A stretch of DNA of 64,000 nt, taken from assembly GCF_001194135.2 (NCBI RefSeq), contig NC_068994.1, forward strand, positions 47,661,873-47,725,872, in the 5' to 3' direction. Shown piece after piece: positions 27,847-39,661 of the stretch. The stretch is from Octopus bimaculoides. Taxonomy: Eukaryota. The first letter of the stretch is position 1. The number at the start of each line of letters is the position of its first letter. Below the pieces are notes generated by a model. That model was not told the origin of the DNA. It ran no database searches and saw only the letters and a program-made list of their open reading frames with translations. Made by a program: the position numbers and the translations under genes.

Positions 27847-28020
27847 CTATATTTGACGACTTATAAGGTGCTTTTTGATTTTTGTTTTTTTTTAATATAT
27901 TCCAGAAAATTAGCCTGCATCGGGTTTTAGGGTACTGACAGTTGGTGGTGTGAGAAAGGGCCCACCAAGATTAAAGGTGTGTCTTACAAGTCTAGGCACC
28001 TTATAAACCATCAAATACAG
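27847..28020. mobile_element. pogo/Tigger-type MITE
   Basis: 25-bp TIRs ctatatttgacgacttataaggtgc and gcaccttataaaccatcaaatacag (21/25 match), TA on both sides. Confidence 0.65.
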
Positions 28021-29919
28021 TAATAGGTGAAACATTAATAAATAGTTTCTAAGGGATAGAGACAAAGTGATTTTCTAGTTTCTTCTGATGTTCATAAGAT
28101 TTCTATATTTCAGAGATGAGCTGTTGTAGGATGGTAAAAATTGCTTGGACTAACAAATCTCATCATTTGTGTTTTTGTCATCATTAATTGTTAGAAGCAG
28201 TGACCAGGATTTTCTTTATTCTCCTGGATTTTCTTGATTTTAGTTATTGGGTTCTGGGAAATTTCAAATTGTTAAAATCTAAAAATACAGTTTTGTTTTT
28301 ATGTACAAAAAATCAAAAATGAGGACAAAGAAAAATTTTTTTAATTTTAAAAAATTAAAAGTTTAAAATAAAATAAGAATTCAGAATTCATATAAATATT
28401 TTATAAACAAGCAAAAAACTGAAATTTAACCTTGAATCAATAAAAAAATATTGCATTGCCAATTTTTATTGAAATAAAACTTTTATTTCTTATATCAATA
28501 TGAATTTTCAAACTGAAAATTAAAATAAAATGGAAAACAGCTTTAAATAGAAATTTTTATCATAGATTCCATCATTTTCATTCAAAGAGTTTGGTAGCAA
28601 ATATCTTCTGTCTTTCATGTTTTTAATCAATAGAAATGCTATGTTATGGTTCTATTTGTTACAGAACTTTACGAAAGACACAATGCAAAGTAAAATATCG
28701 ATTCTCTCTCTTTCTCTTTCTTTCTCTCTTTCTCTTTCTTTCTCTCTTTCTCTTTCTTTCTCTCTTTCTCTCTTTCTCTCTCATTTGATCTGTCTCTCAG
28801 TCAATTTATTACCACAAGTGACCATTTACACTACTGATCATCATTGATTTAGTGTAAAAAGGATGAAATAGTATTATACAAAATTATCACCAACTAGAAA
28901 TTTTAAGAATAAGTAAACAAAATAATGTAATAATAATAATAATAATAATAAGTAAACAAAAAAGATTTTGCATCTTTTACCTAATAATTCCTTAATTTCA
29001 AATTCAGATTTCTAATCCCACCAAATATTATGAAGAAATAATTATCTTCCAAGTAAAAACTGCAGCCACTAGGGAAAATGACACCTATTTGAAATACATA
29101 AAAGATGAGATTAAAAGTCCAATCAATCTTTAAGATCCTAAAAGACTTGCTAATTAACTACAGTGTAACAATTAATTATAGCGTTATAGTGTCCAGTTAT
29201 TCTAGACATGAAACGGTTAACCATCATCTTATATTAAAACAAAAGCAAAAATTATATTTTTCTTAAATTAAACAAAATTGTTTTGCTATATTTTGATTGG
29301 TTAATTCGTTGCTTGGTCAGTTGGCTGGTTGGTTTGTTGGCTTGTTTGTTTGATTTCTTTACTCAGCGGTTTGTGCCGCCAATCTCTTTGCAAACATAGT
29401 AGTCCATTGCCTGCAGCCAATTCTTTGTTCCAGTGGGACGACATTTGCTCCGTCGAGGGAAAAGGTCAGCAAGATTGCTGAGCCACAGACTAAACATTGG
29501 TCAGAAATTGATTGCAGGTTAGTTTTTGGTTTGATTAATTAATTAATCATTGGTTTAAATCTGTTTAATGATCTTGCTGCTGATGCTGCTCATGAGTAGT
29601 TGTTGTTATTGTTTCTGTTGTTGTTGCTGATGTTGTACTAAAAAAAAAAAAAAAAATTAACAATACTTCCAAATTTGTTCAGCATGGCATGCAACTGTTA
29701 CTATGATGTGACTGTATTTTCCTAAACAAAATGTCTCTTCCTTCTGCAGTCTTGGACAAAATTCTGTTGTTTTCTCATGTTAAAAGTTGATGAAACACTT
29801 TCATGTAGTGATGATGTTAATGGTTATGTTGATGATGATGAGGAGGAGGAGGAGGAGGATTTCTAATAAAGATCCGATGCAAAAACTTCAGATAAATGGA
29901 GTGGGATCAGGTAGAGAAA

Positions 29920-29958
29920 CAGTTGGCTAAATTGACTAAGGGTCAATTTAGCCAACTG
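29920..29958. repeat. Perfect 17-bp inverted repeat with 5-nt loop
   Basis: cagttggctaaattgac-taagg-gtcaatttagccaactg. Confidence 0.95.
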
Positions 29959-30892
29959 ATTGCTACTTGTTTTCCCTTCATGTAAGGAATCTTTTATTAT
30001 CATTATTGGTGAACCAGCAGAATCACTAGGAGTCAATAAATTAAATACCAGTTAATGTAATCAACTAGTGCCCTCACCTCAAATTTCAGGCATTGTGCCT
30101 TTAGTAGGAAGGTTTTATTATTATTTTTTTTATCATCATCATCATCATCACCATCATCAGAAGGATGGAATAATTTATAGAGCACTGAATCAAAAAATGC
30201 CCATTCATCTACTTTCTAAGTCTAAATACCACCAAAACAAATTTTGCCTTTCATATTTCCATGGTCAACATGTAAGTACCAGTTAATTACTACGGTTCAT
30301 TTAATTATATGAGCTCTTCTCCTTTTATTTGTGACTTTATATCTATGTTAGGAATTCTTACTATTACAATTATCAGGTGATTAACGAATTTGCAGACTTG
30401 CTAGAGAGGCAAACAAAATGCATTTTGATATTTAGCTATGTTGCTTTACTTTCTGACTTCAAATCTTACTGGAACCATCTTTGCTTTTTATATTCCCTCT
30501 GTGTATGTATATATTTAGTTGAGAGTGATGTACTGAGTGACATGTGCAAATAAATTTCATTTGAAACAACTGTAAATGTCCTTCCCAGTTGGAGAAAGAC
30601 AACAAATAGAGAGCTGTAATTGCATCAACAAAGGCATCGTGTGCATATAAGCACTCTGCAACTATAATTTATTGAATACTATATTTGACAGCATAAAAGA
30701 CACACAGGTATATTAGACACAACCCAATTTCAACAATACATATTCAGAAAAATGGTTTTTGGGAACATTAAAACATAATATAGGTCAAACTTCACATAGA
30801 GGGCTCAGAATGATATTTTTGAGACTATTTTTTGAAAAAAGTACATTTTATATGCTCTTAAATATGGTAATTTCCTGAGTTATGGTCTATTT

Positions 30893-31144
30893 TAGTGGTT
30901 CGCAATTGGGGCCCATATGACCCTTGGAAGTCCATATAAGATTTCTTTGTGGAAATTTATGTGCAAGAAATTGGTTTCATGCTTCTAAACTACACGAAGT
31001 ATTTTAGCATTTTTTTAACACAATTCTTAATAACAATTATAAAAATATAATAGGACTTTTTAAACAATGAACGGTTATGCAGGTCCACCCAAATAAAATT
31101 TGAATCAAAATGATCCATAAGTAAAAAATGGTTGAGAACCACCG
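30893..31144. mobile_element. hAT (Charlie/MER5-type) MITE
   Basis: Termini tagtggttcgcaat ... ggttgagaaccaccg match the cagtggttctcaacc TIR type. Confidence 0.65.
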
Positions 31145-31196
31145 GACTATGCAATCTATGATTAAGATATATAACTTGTGTGTATGAATGTGAGTT

Positions 31197-31248
<52 letters not shown>

Positions 31249-31679
31249 TGCATATACTCACACATGCACAAACATGAAGAAATGAACTTAAATACATAAA
31301 ATATAGTAAATAATAAAAATAATAGCAATTAAAATGAGATTGTAAAATCATGTCTTTCTTTTCCTCTTTGTTTCAATCACATACACTCACACACACACAT
31401 ACACTTATATATATTGTAAATCTTTTCGATACAAAAGAGAAAAGTTTTACATTTTTTCTCTCTTTTCAAATGATTTCTTAAAATGTTATGAATTTTACNN
31501 NNNNNNNNNNNNNNNNNNNNNNNNNNNNNNNNNNNNNNNNNNNNNNNNNNNNNNNNNNNNNNNNNNNNNNNNNNNNNNNNNNNNNNNNNNNNNNNNNNNN
31601 NNNNNNNNNNNNNNNNNNNNNNNNNNNNNNNNNNNNNNNNNNNNNNNNNNNNNNNNNNNNNNNNNNNNNNNNNNNNNNN

Positions 31680-31715
<36 letters not shown>

Positions 31716-31827
31716 CTTGGTTTCCACTTCCCTTGGTCTGCATTTCTCTGACATGCAACTTCTACCATTCTCATGGACATGAAAATTACCATCATCATCA
31801 TCATCACCATTTTCATTATTATTATTA

Positions 31828-31874
<47 letters not shown>

Positions 31875-32070
31875 GGCAGAATTCGAACTTCCGTCAAAAT
31901 GCCTTCTGGTATTTAGTTACAGTCCTTTGAGCTTTGAGTTCAAATCTCATTGAGATCAACTTTGATCCTTCCAGAGTCAATAGAATAAGTACCAGTTGAG
32001 CACTAGGGTTGATATAATTAACTAACCCTACCCCTAAAATTGCTGGCCTTGTGCCAAAATTGAAAGAATT
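31875..32070 (+). mobile_element. SINE family B, older diverged copy
   Basis: tggcagaa...tgagttcaaatctcattgagatcaacttt...aagtaccagttgagcactagggttgat...gctggccttgtgccaaaa. Confidence 0.65.
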
Positions 32071-32297
32071 ATTATTCTTATTATTATCATTATTGTTCAG
32101 TAGTTTTATTTTTATAATGTGCTTTCACTTCACTACCGAGCGCAGCTCTGTGCACCTTGGGTATGTGCTGTGGTGCTCTTATGTTTACTGTATTGAAAGT
32201 GTTTTGCGTAGAATGTGTGCAGTACCCAGTAGTGCAATTTTCTGTATGTTATATATATTTGTAAGTCCTGGTATTTTTGTTATTATTATTATTATTA

Positions 32298-32343
<46 letters not shown>

Positions 32344-33382
32344 GCTATTTACCAAATGGTATGATGGACAAATTTCTTACGTGTTACAATGATTTGAATT
32401 CAATAGCTAAGTCAGCATACATACTGTCATAGATTTATCTGCTCATTTTCTGCATGACATTATTATCATTCATTCATCAGTCAGTATTTCTATGTCGATC
32501 ATTAAAATATTGGAATTTTTATTTTTATGTTATGTAAAATTATTGTCAGGTTTGTTGTGGAAAAAAAAAAAAATTCTCAAAAACCAAGCAAAAATAATAG
32601 AATATATGTTGATATTGTTATTGCTGTTGTTGTTGTTGTTTTTCTACTTCTTCTTATTATTGCTACTACTATTGTTCTTTACCTTTTTTTTCTGCATTTT
32701 CTTTCTTCATAAACTCACCTTTAAAATATTTTAAAGTGTGTCCTCTATCTCTATCTGTTAAATCCATAATGTTTCTGTTATCAATGTTATATTTGTGATG
32801 CACACATAGTCACAACACACATACATGCATACACATTTTCTCTCTCTATTTCTCTCATGCAAGCATATAGTGGGAACAGTGGTTGAATAAGCCACAGCAA
32901 TGAGCTGGGGACAGATTAATACAGCATTCAATAATATGATATTTTGGGTGAAAATGCCCCTACTCATAGAATGAGGAGAATGAGAGAAAACCTCTATGCC
33001 CATTACAGTTTAAATGATCTGACAATCAGCCATCACACCATTCTCTGATAGCTAGAATTAGTTCTCTCATAACATGAAATCCTCTTTATGGTCATTCAAT
33101 CTGCTATAAACAGAAACCAAATTTTGCTTGAAATTTCACTCTCCCATCTTCAAAAGACTAAAATGACACTTTGGATGGTGTGATGAATGTGTTGAGTAAA
33201 AAAATAAGATGGTCATCATTTTGACCATAGGTGATCTTTTTGGTCAGGGCTAACTAAGAGTTAAACAACAATGGGTTAGTGAAAGAGAGATAGTCTTTGT
33301 CAAACTGATTTACCCATACGTATTACATAAAGACAAAAGTCCTCCTTTGATATTTGTTTTTCTTATCTAAACCACACACTGG

Positions 33383-33413
<31 letters not shown>

Positions 33414-33920
33414 TTCCACTCTTGCTTGATAGGGCTAAGGTTAGCAATACTAGAGATGTCATTATGTGTAGAACTGACCAGGTCCACCAGTGCCCTCCAT
33501 CACTGGTGGTCACATGTCAGTCTCTATTCATCCTTCAAGGAGATCAGATCTAGAGATCTTTCTTAATCACAAACAACCATCTGGTGCAGGGCCTACCACA
33601 GAGCCTCCTCCTGCCTGCAGCTGCTGTATCAAATGAAAGTAAGACCCTGGTAGGAGACGGGGGGGGGGGGGAGACATGTCCACACCACACTGGTCCAATG
33701 AATAAAATTCCTTGATGATGCTTAAATTTTTTGACTGCTGACATTTCCTTTTAAAAAATCCAATACCTATTTCCATCACCACAACGAAATAGACTGAAGC
33801 AATGTAGAGAAAAATGTCATTCCAAGAAACACATTTGCAACACTTGTAACAGATCTGAAATACGAAATTCTCTGAGCAGGTCGTTCTGGATTACTTTTTG
33901 ATTCTTTCTTCTGTTGTTCT

Positions 33921-34115
33921 TTTATCTTTTACTTGTTTCAGTCATGAGATTGTGGCCATGCTGGAGCACTGCCTTGAAGAACTTTTAATCAGATGAACTG
34001 ACTCCAATACTTATTTTTTTTAAGCCTGTTACTTATTCTGTCAGTCTCTTTTGCCAAACTGCTAAGTTATGGGAACATAAACACACCAACACCAGTTGTC
34101 AAGTGGTGGTGGGGA
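33921..34115 (-). mobile_element. SINE family A (3' part), reverse orientation, just upstream of exon 2
   Basis: ttttacttgtttcagtc...gtggccatgctggagcactgcc...cttattctgtcagtctcttttgccaaactgctaagtta. Confidence 0.75.
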
Positions 34116-34118
34116 CAA

Positions 34119-34150
<32 letters not shown>

Positions 34151-34257
34151 GTTATATAAAAAAATAAAAATAGAATAAAATGTGCAAAACAGTAAAAAGA
34201 AATCGTTCCCTAATTATCATTACAGCGTTTAAGATGTTGTCCTTTATGCTTTTTCAG

Positions 34258-34379
34258 ATAACGAAGAAGAAGACTCTAAAAGCTCAAAATCAAAATCTTC
34301 CATGACAGTCACAGAAGTCAAAATTCCTTCTTATGCCACATCAGCCATCATTGGCACAAACAGATCAAGTTTACAGCGA
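34258..34379 (+). CDS. TDRKH: Coding exon 2: acidic linker and start of KH1
   Basis: Acceptor ttttcag|AT; reads (D)NEEEDSKSSKSKSSMTVTEVKIPSYATSAIIGTNRSSLQR; donor CGA|gtaagc. Too short for the ORF track. Confidence 0.85.
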
Positions 34380-34639
34380 GTAAGCCTTAAAATATTTCAA
34401 TATATTTGACCGTTTTAACTGAACTTGATGCCATAAACTGACCCTAACCTAGCTTTTGACCTGACCTTGACTTTACTTGACTTGACATTAAATCTGTGGT
34501 ATTGAACAGAATATTTGCAGTAGCCCATCTTTTTATACTAAGACAAAATGTACATGATAACACTTCCAATCAGTTAAGACCAGAAGCCATGAAAGTCACT
34601 GCCTGGTATTGTGTCAGGGCATTTATTATTATTTTATTA

Positions 34640-34696
<57 letters not shown>

Positions 34697-34774
34697 GATT
34701 ACATTTTTTATATTTCATTTGATACAGGTTCATTTAAAAAGTATTTAAAAAAACTCTGGCTTCCTTTGTTTCAG

Positions 34775-34976
34775 TTACAAAATAGCTGTAATGTCCAAAT
34801 AGATCTCAAACAAGATGGTGACACATCCTCAACAGAAGATCAAACACTATGTATACGAGGAAGTTTAGAAGCAACCCAGCAGATTGAACTCAGAATCCAG
34901 CAAATCATTTCTGATATTTCAACAGTCGCTTCAGAAGACATGTATATTCCAAGTTCATCAACTATTTCACTTATTG
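34775..34976 (+). CDS. TDRKH: Coding exon 3: rest of KH1 and start of KH2
   Basis: Acceptor tttcag|TTA; reads LQNSCNVQIDLKQDGDTSSTEDQTLCIRGSLEATQQIELRIQQIISDISTVASEDMYIPSSSTISLI+G; donor G|gtaagt. Corresponds to the 3' part of ORF 34496..34993. Confidence 0.88.
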
Positions 34977-35013
34977 GTAAGTTTGTCTTTTGAGTCCAAA
35001 GACATATGTAAGT

Positions 35014-35232
35014 TATTTCTTTACTGCCCACAAGGGGCTAAACACAGAGGGGACAAACGGATTAAGTCGATTATATCGACCCCAGTGCGTAACTGGTACT
35101 CATTTAATCGACCCCGAAAGGATGAAAGGCAAAGTCGACCTCGGCGGAATTTGAACTCAGAACGTAGCGGCAGACGAAATACCGCTAAGCATTTCACCCG
35201 GCGTGCTAACGTTTCTACCAGCTCGCCGCCTT
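35014..35232 (-). mobile_element. Young SINE family B copy with TSD
   Basis: Reverse complement of aaggcggcgagctgg...ctgagttcaaattccgccgaggtcgactttgcc, CpG-rich. TSD acatatgtaagt at 35002-35013 and 35239-35250. Confidence 0.88.
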
Positions 35233-35755
35233 TCAAATACATATGTAAGTGTGTGTCTGCAAATGAATATATATATGTGTATCTATGAATGTATGTACGC
35301 ATACATATTTATGTAAATACTGTGTGCATGTATGTGTGTCTGTCTGTCTGTCATTCTGTCTGTCTCTTTAATTCTTTCAAATATTACTCTAAAGAAAAAC
35401 TTGATTTCAGTCAAAGAAACTAAGTTCTACCTTTTGAATTCAGATAACTAAACAGATTATGAGTTTCACATTACATTTTAGAGAAGTCTTGCATATTTTT
35501 CACAATTCTACTGACTAAATATCAAATTTTCATAGATGTATGCATGCATATGAATGTATGTATGCATGTATGTATGTAATGATGTATGCATGCATGTGTG
35601 TGTGTGTGTGCGTACTGGCAATATTAATTACAATGTTGTATTTAAGTATGGTAAAGTAATGCAGTTATTCTTCGTTGTAATTCTTCAGAGTCTATGTGTC
35701 ACATGAAGACACTCAATTATCATCACTTACCTTAATTAATTTTTATCTATTCCAG

Positions 35756-35895
35756 GTAACAATTATCAAACTGTACGATATATTAACCGAGTGAGTGGTG
35801 CTAAAGTTCTCATAGACACAACAGAAAATAGAGATCCAAAACACATGCAGCTTGTCTCTATAGAAGGTTCAAGAGAACAAATAGAACATGCTAAG
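35756..35895 (+). CDS. TDRKH: Coding exon 4: KH2 core
   Basis: Acceptor ttccag|GT; reads (G)NNYQTVRYINRVSGAKVLIDTTENRDPKHMQLVSIEGSREQIEHAK; donor AAG|gtaagt. SGAKV-x-I and I-x-G-x-x-E-Q-I-x-x-AK are typical type I KH features. Confidence 0.9.
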
Positions 35896-35950
35896 GTAAG
35901 TGAAGTCTTCATTATGTGTTGTTTTGTCCCAGGTTGTTTCTGATCCATCA

Positions 35951-35991
<41 letters not shown>

Positions 35992-36446
35992 TCAAACACA
36001 TTCCAGCTGTAATTGTTTCTGTTATGTAGGGTTCACTTTTAAAACAGTAGTGTGTAATATGAGAGAGGTGGATGCTATTCTTATCAGGCTAAGCAGCCAC
36101 ATACAGAGAAATATAGTGTATCTAGGAATACATTATTCAATGTGACCTTGTTTGTTGTTTTCAGTTTTTTGTTCATTTGTTTTTTGGGATGGAGGTGGTG
36201 AAGCGCAAATTGAACCGAGTTGACTCTGATTTAAGCCTCTCTTCAACAAAAGATGTAAAATCAAATATGGATAGAAATGTTTTATCCCAATAAGAAAACA
36301 ATCCCCAGCTGGCTACAAATACCACCAGTTGTTTGATAGAAATAATGTCATGGTTAGCTATAACTGTGCCCAAAACTGGTGCAGCTCATTCTCTCTCCAA
36401 TTGTCATGTATTTGATGTTTTGCTGGGTGAAGGATTGAAGGGACAG

Positions 36447-36492
<46 letters not shown>

Positions 36493-36535
36493 CCTCCCTC
36501 TTTCAATCCATCTCCTATCTCTCCTTTCATTTCAG

Positions 36536-36650
36536 AAACTAATTAACGACGTAGTCGACAAGAACCTCACATTCCATGAAGAACCTTTGTCACAGTGTAG
36601 TAGCAGTGACACTGCAGCGCACCTCATGCATAGAGTGGCTCACACAAAAA
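36536..36650 (+). CDS. TDRKH: Coding exon 5: KH2 last helix and linker
   Basis: Acceptor atttcag|AAA; reads KLINDVVDKNLTFHEEPLSQCSSSDTAAHLMHRVAHTK+A; donor A|gtaagt. Phases 0 and 1 bridge exons 4 and 6. Confidence 0.8.
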
Positions 36651-36789
36651 GTAAGTAGTCTCTGTTGTTGTAATTAGATTATTCACGTGGTCGTGGGGAA
36701 CAGAGTCCGACAATAGGAGGTGTAAGGCAAGCAGTCTCTTGAAGCATAGTAACACAACATTATTCAATTTGCATTTCCATTTTTAAATA

Positions 36790-37215
36790 CAGTACCATGC
36801 AAAAGTCTTTGGCCACTTTAAACTTTTGTAAATTTCTTCTAATTGCCAACTTATAAGTGACTGTTTCATGTTGTGTTTTTTACAGATGAAACATTGGCCC
36901 TGTTGGAGTCATTTCCATACCTAATCATTATATTTTTTAGTAGCGGTTCTGAATGTAGGGAAGATGCATGATGACCACCAAAAATGGCCATGCAAAAGTT
37001 TTCAGCGACCTCACATAAACCAATCAAGATACAATGCTTTAAAACAGAAAAATGTCTATAATGAAGATTTATTACATAATGTTCATTTCAAGAAGTGACT
37101 GTACATTTTTAATATTTCATGTGGCTTCCCTTAGCTTGAATAATTGCTTCAATGCACCTGGGAAGAGATGCATACAAATCCTTCACCATCTTCACAGGTA
37201 TGAGATGCCATTCTT
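36790..37215 (-). mobile_element. Tc1-like transposon right end with IR/DR-like structure
   Basis: TA|cagtaccatgcaaaagtc terminus; inner direct repeat ccatgcaaaagt at 36988-36999. Minus strand reads KEWHLIPVKMVKDLYASLPRCIEAIIQAKGSHMKY*, the Tc1 C-terminus pattern (S-M-P-x-R-x-x-A-V-I-x-A-K-G-x-x-T-K-Y). Confidence 0.78.
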
Positions 37216-38192
37216 TGTGGCTGAGGGTAATGATTGAAATAGGAATATATACTGGTACAGTAGTGGTATACCAGCGGTTCTGTAGTGTTTTAGTAGTTAG
37301 TAGTTGGGATGATAATGTGAATAATTGCAATGTAGGACTTGTTCTTTTTGTTTTTTTTAGGACCTAACCTATTATGACTGAACTGACCTACAATCAATAG
37401 TAGCCCAATCATGGCCATCCTATCTTTCATTCAAACATAGTATACCTAGGTTCTCCATATAGCAATCCCATCTTAGATATTAAAGTGTAATTTAAGGGAA
37501 ATTTGGTTGCTATTTTTAGCAGATTGAGCAACTATGTAGCAACTCTCGAGCTCATGTAAATTTGTTGTTATTCTTATTATTGTCATGTAAACATTTTTAT
37601 TACTATTAATTTGTCTTTAGCTAACTTTTTGCATCATGTCAGGGTTTGTCTGTCTTCCTGTCCAAATATATGTATGCCAGTATTTTGATCTGTTTGACTA
37701 ACAGTCTAGACATATCTATTTTGTTTGTCCACTGTCTATTAATGTTTGTCCCTCAATATATTCGTATGTGTAATTAACAGTCTGTCTATCTATCTGTCTG
37801 TCTTCTACCTTGCTACCTGTAATTTATCTATTTATTTGTTTATTTCTTTCTACCTGTCTGTCTATTCCAGTATCTATCTATCTATTTATTCATTTATCTA
37901 TCTATTTAGTTGTTATCTATTTGCCTGTCTACCAATTTTTATTTAACCATCTATGTGTCACTTTATCTAATTGTCATCTGTTTGGCTGTATATCTATGTT
38001 CTTGTCTATTCATCTACCCAGACATCAAAATTGTGATATTTGTTTGACAACAGATGAAGTATTGAACATACATGCATCCATTGTCTATTCTATTCTGTTT
38101 TTCCATATGTTCCTTTGTCATCCCCCGTGTCACATTTTTATAACTATCTATTTGCTTTGCTTATCAAACTATCTATCTATCTGTCTATCAAA

Positions 38193-38232
<40 letters not shown>

Positions 38233-38262
38233 TTATCTCTCAATTATCTATCTATCTTCTAG

Positions 38263-38468
38263 ATGCAGCTGCTAGAGATTCAGGAGAACATACAGTTCCA
38301 CTATCCCATTTAACCAAAGATGCTCCAACAGATCTTCTGGAACTGATGGTTGTGTCTGTGACAAGCCCTGGACATTTCTGGGCCCACATTCGTAATGAAA
38401 ATTTACCAAAATTAGTGAACCTACAGAAAAATATTGATGAATTTTACTCAGATTCAAAGCATTTTCAA
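38263..38468 (+). CDS. TDRKH: Coding exon 6: N-terminal SN-like strands and helix of extended Tudor domain
   Basis: Acceptor cttctag|AT; reads (N)AAARDSGEHTVPLSHLTKDAPTDLLELMVVSVTSPGHFWAHIRNENLPKLVNLQKNIDEFYSDSKHFQ; donor CAA|gtaagt. V-x-x-V-x-SPGHFW is the extended-Tudor hallmark. Confidence 0.9.
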
Positions 38469-38708
38469 GTAAGTTTTTGACAATTTTCATGTACCTTTCC
38501 TTTTACTGGTTTAAGTCAAAAGACTGCAGCTATGCTGGGAGACTGCCTTCCAAGAATTAGTTGATTGCATCACACCTGTTATTTAATTTATTAATCAAAG
38601 AAGGATAACAGGCAAAGTGTATCTAAGTAGAATTTTAAGTCAGAGGTGAAGAAATATAACCAAAATATTTTTTTGTCAGATGCTCTACCAATTCTGTTAT
38701 CTACTCAG

Positions 38709-38741
<33 letters not shown>

Positions 38742-39205
38742 ATATTTATTTAGATATTTACATATGTATTTATACGACACATGCATATCTTGTATTTGTG
38801 TTTGTGTATGTTGCTTAAGTTTTTTTTTATTCTCAAAAATACACAGACTTCTTAGACTGCATTAAAACAATACCAAAAAGCAATCTGGATGATTAATAAT
38901 ATTTCCTTACTAATAAACTATTAAAACAACACCTACTTCAGGGCATAACTCCAGGATTCTATCATGGTCATGAGAGGTCATGATGATCTTCTATGACCAT
39001 ACAGATCTCACATGACCACATATTGCCAAAAGTCATGTCGGTACTGAGCACCTACTAATATTGAGCTATGAAGACCTTTTTTATTTTTGTCTGAACCCTG
39101 TAGAAGCAGGATTCTGATGTTTAAAACTTACCTGTATGTGATGGTAAATAATAATTGTAGGGTTTTATGGGATTTCATAATATTTGTACTTTATCTATTT
39201 AACAG

Positions 39206-39378
39206 ACGTACCAATGTCAAGAAGTTGCTGTTGACGATATTGTGGCTGTATGCCTCTCTAACCAGTCACAATGGTACCGGGCTCGTGTCACCGCTGTGCT
39301 AAGCAATAGTTACAAAGTCTTCTGTGTTGATTATGGTTACAATGAAGAAGTGCCAAAAGACAATGTATGCCGTTTAAG
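39206..39378 (+). CDS. TDRKH: Coding exon 7: Tudor core barrel
   Basis: Acceptor ttaacag|ACG; reads TYQCQEVAVDDIVAVCLSNQSQWYRARVTAVLSNSYKVFCVDYGYNEEVPKDNVCRL+AG; donor AG|gtaagc. Contains the WYRARV and VDYG Tudor signatures. Confidence 0.92.
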
Positions 39379-39502
39379 GTAAGCCTCTCTCTCTCTCTTT
39401 CTGTCTTCCTATCTCTCTCTTCCTCTCTGTCAATCAAACTATATCCTTACCTCACTCTCTCTAGCCCTCTCTTTTTCCTCTTTATGTTTATTCACCTATA
39501 CC

Positions 39503-39504
<2 letters not shown>

Positions 39505-39533
<29 letters not shown>

Positions 39534-39570
39534 CTCTCTCTCTCTCTCTATCTCTCTATCTCTGTCTCTC

Positions 39571-39660
<90 letters not shown>
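39505..39660. repeat. Compound (GT)n(CT)n microsatellite
   Basis: Read directly from the sequence. Confidence 0.95.

Positions 39661-39661
<1 letters not shown>

Noticed and set aside
34496-34774. Hydrophobic poly-Leu N-terminal part of ORF 34496..34993 as a TM segment
   Set aside because: Comes from an intronic (TTA)n microsatellite upstream of the exon 3 acceptor.
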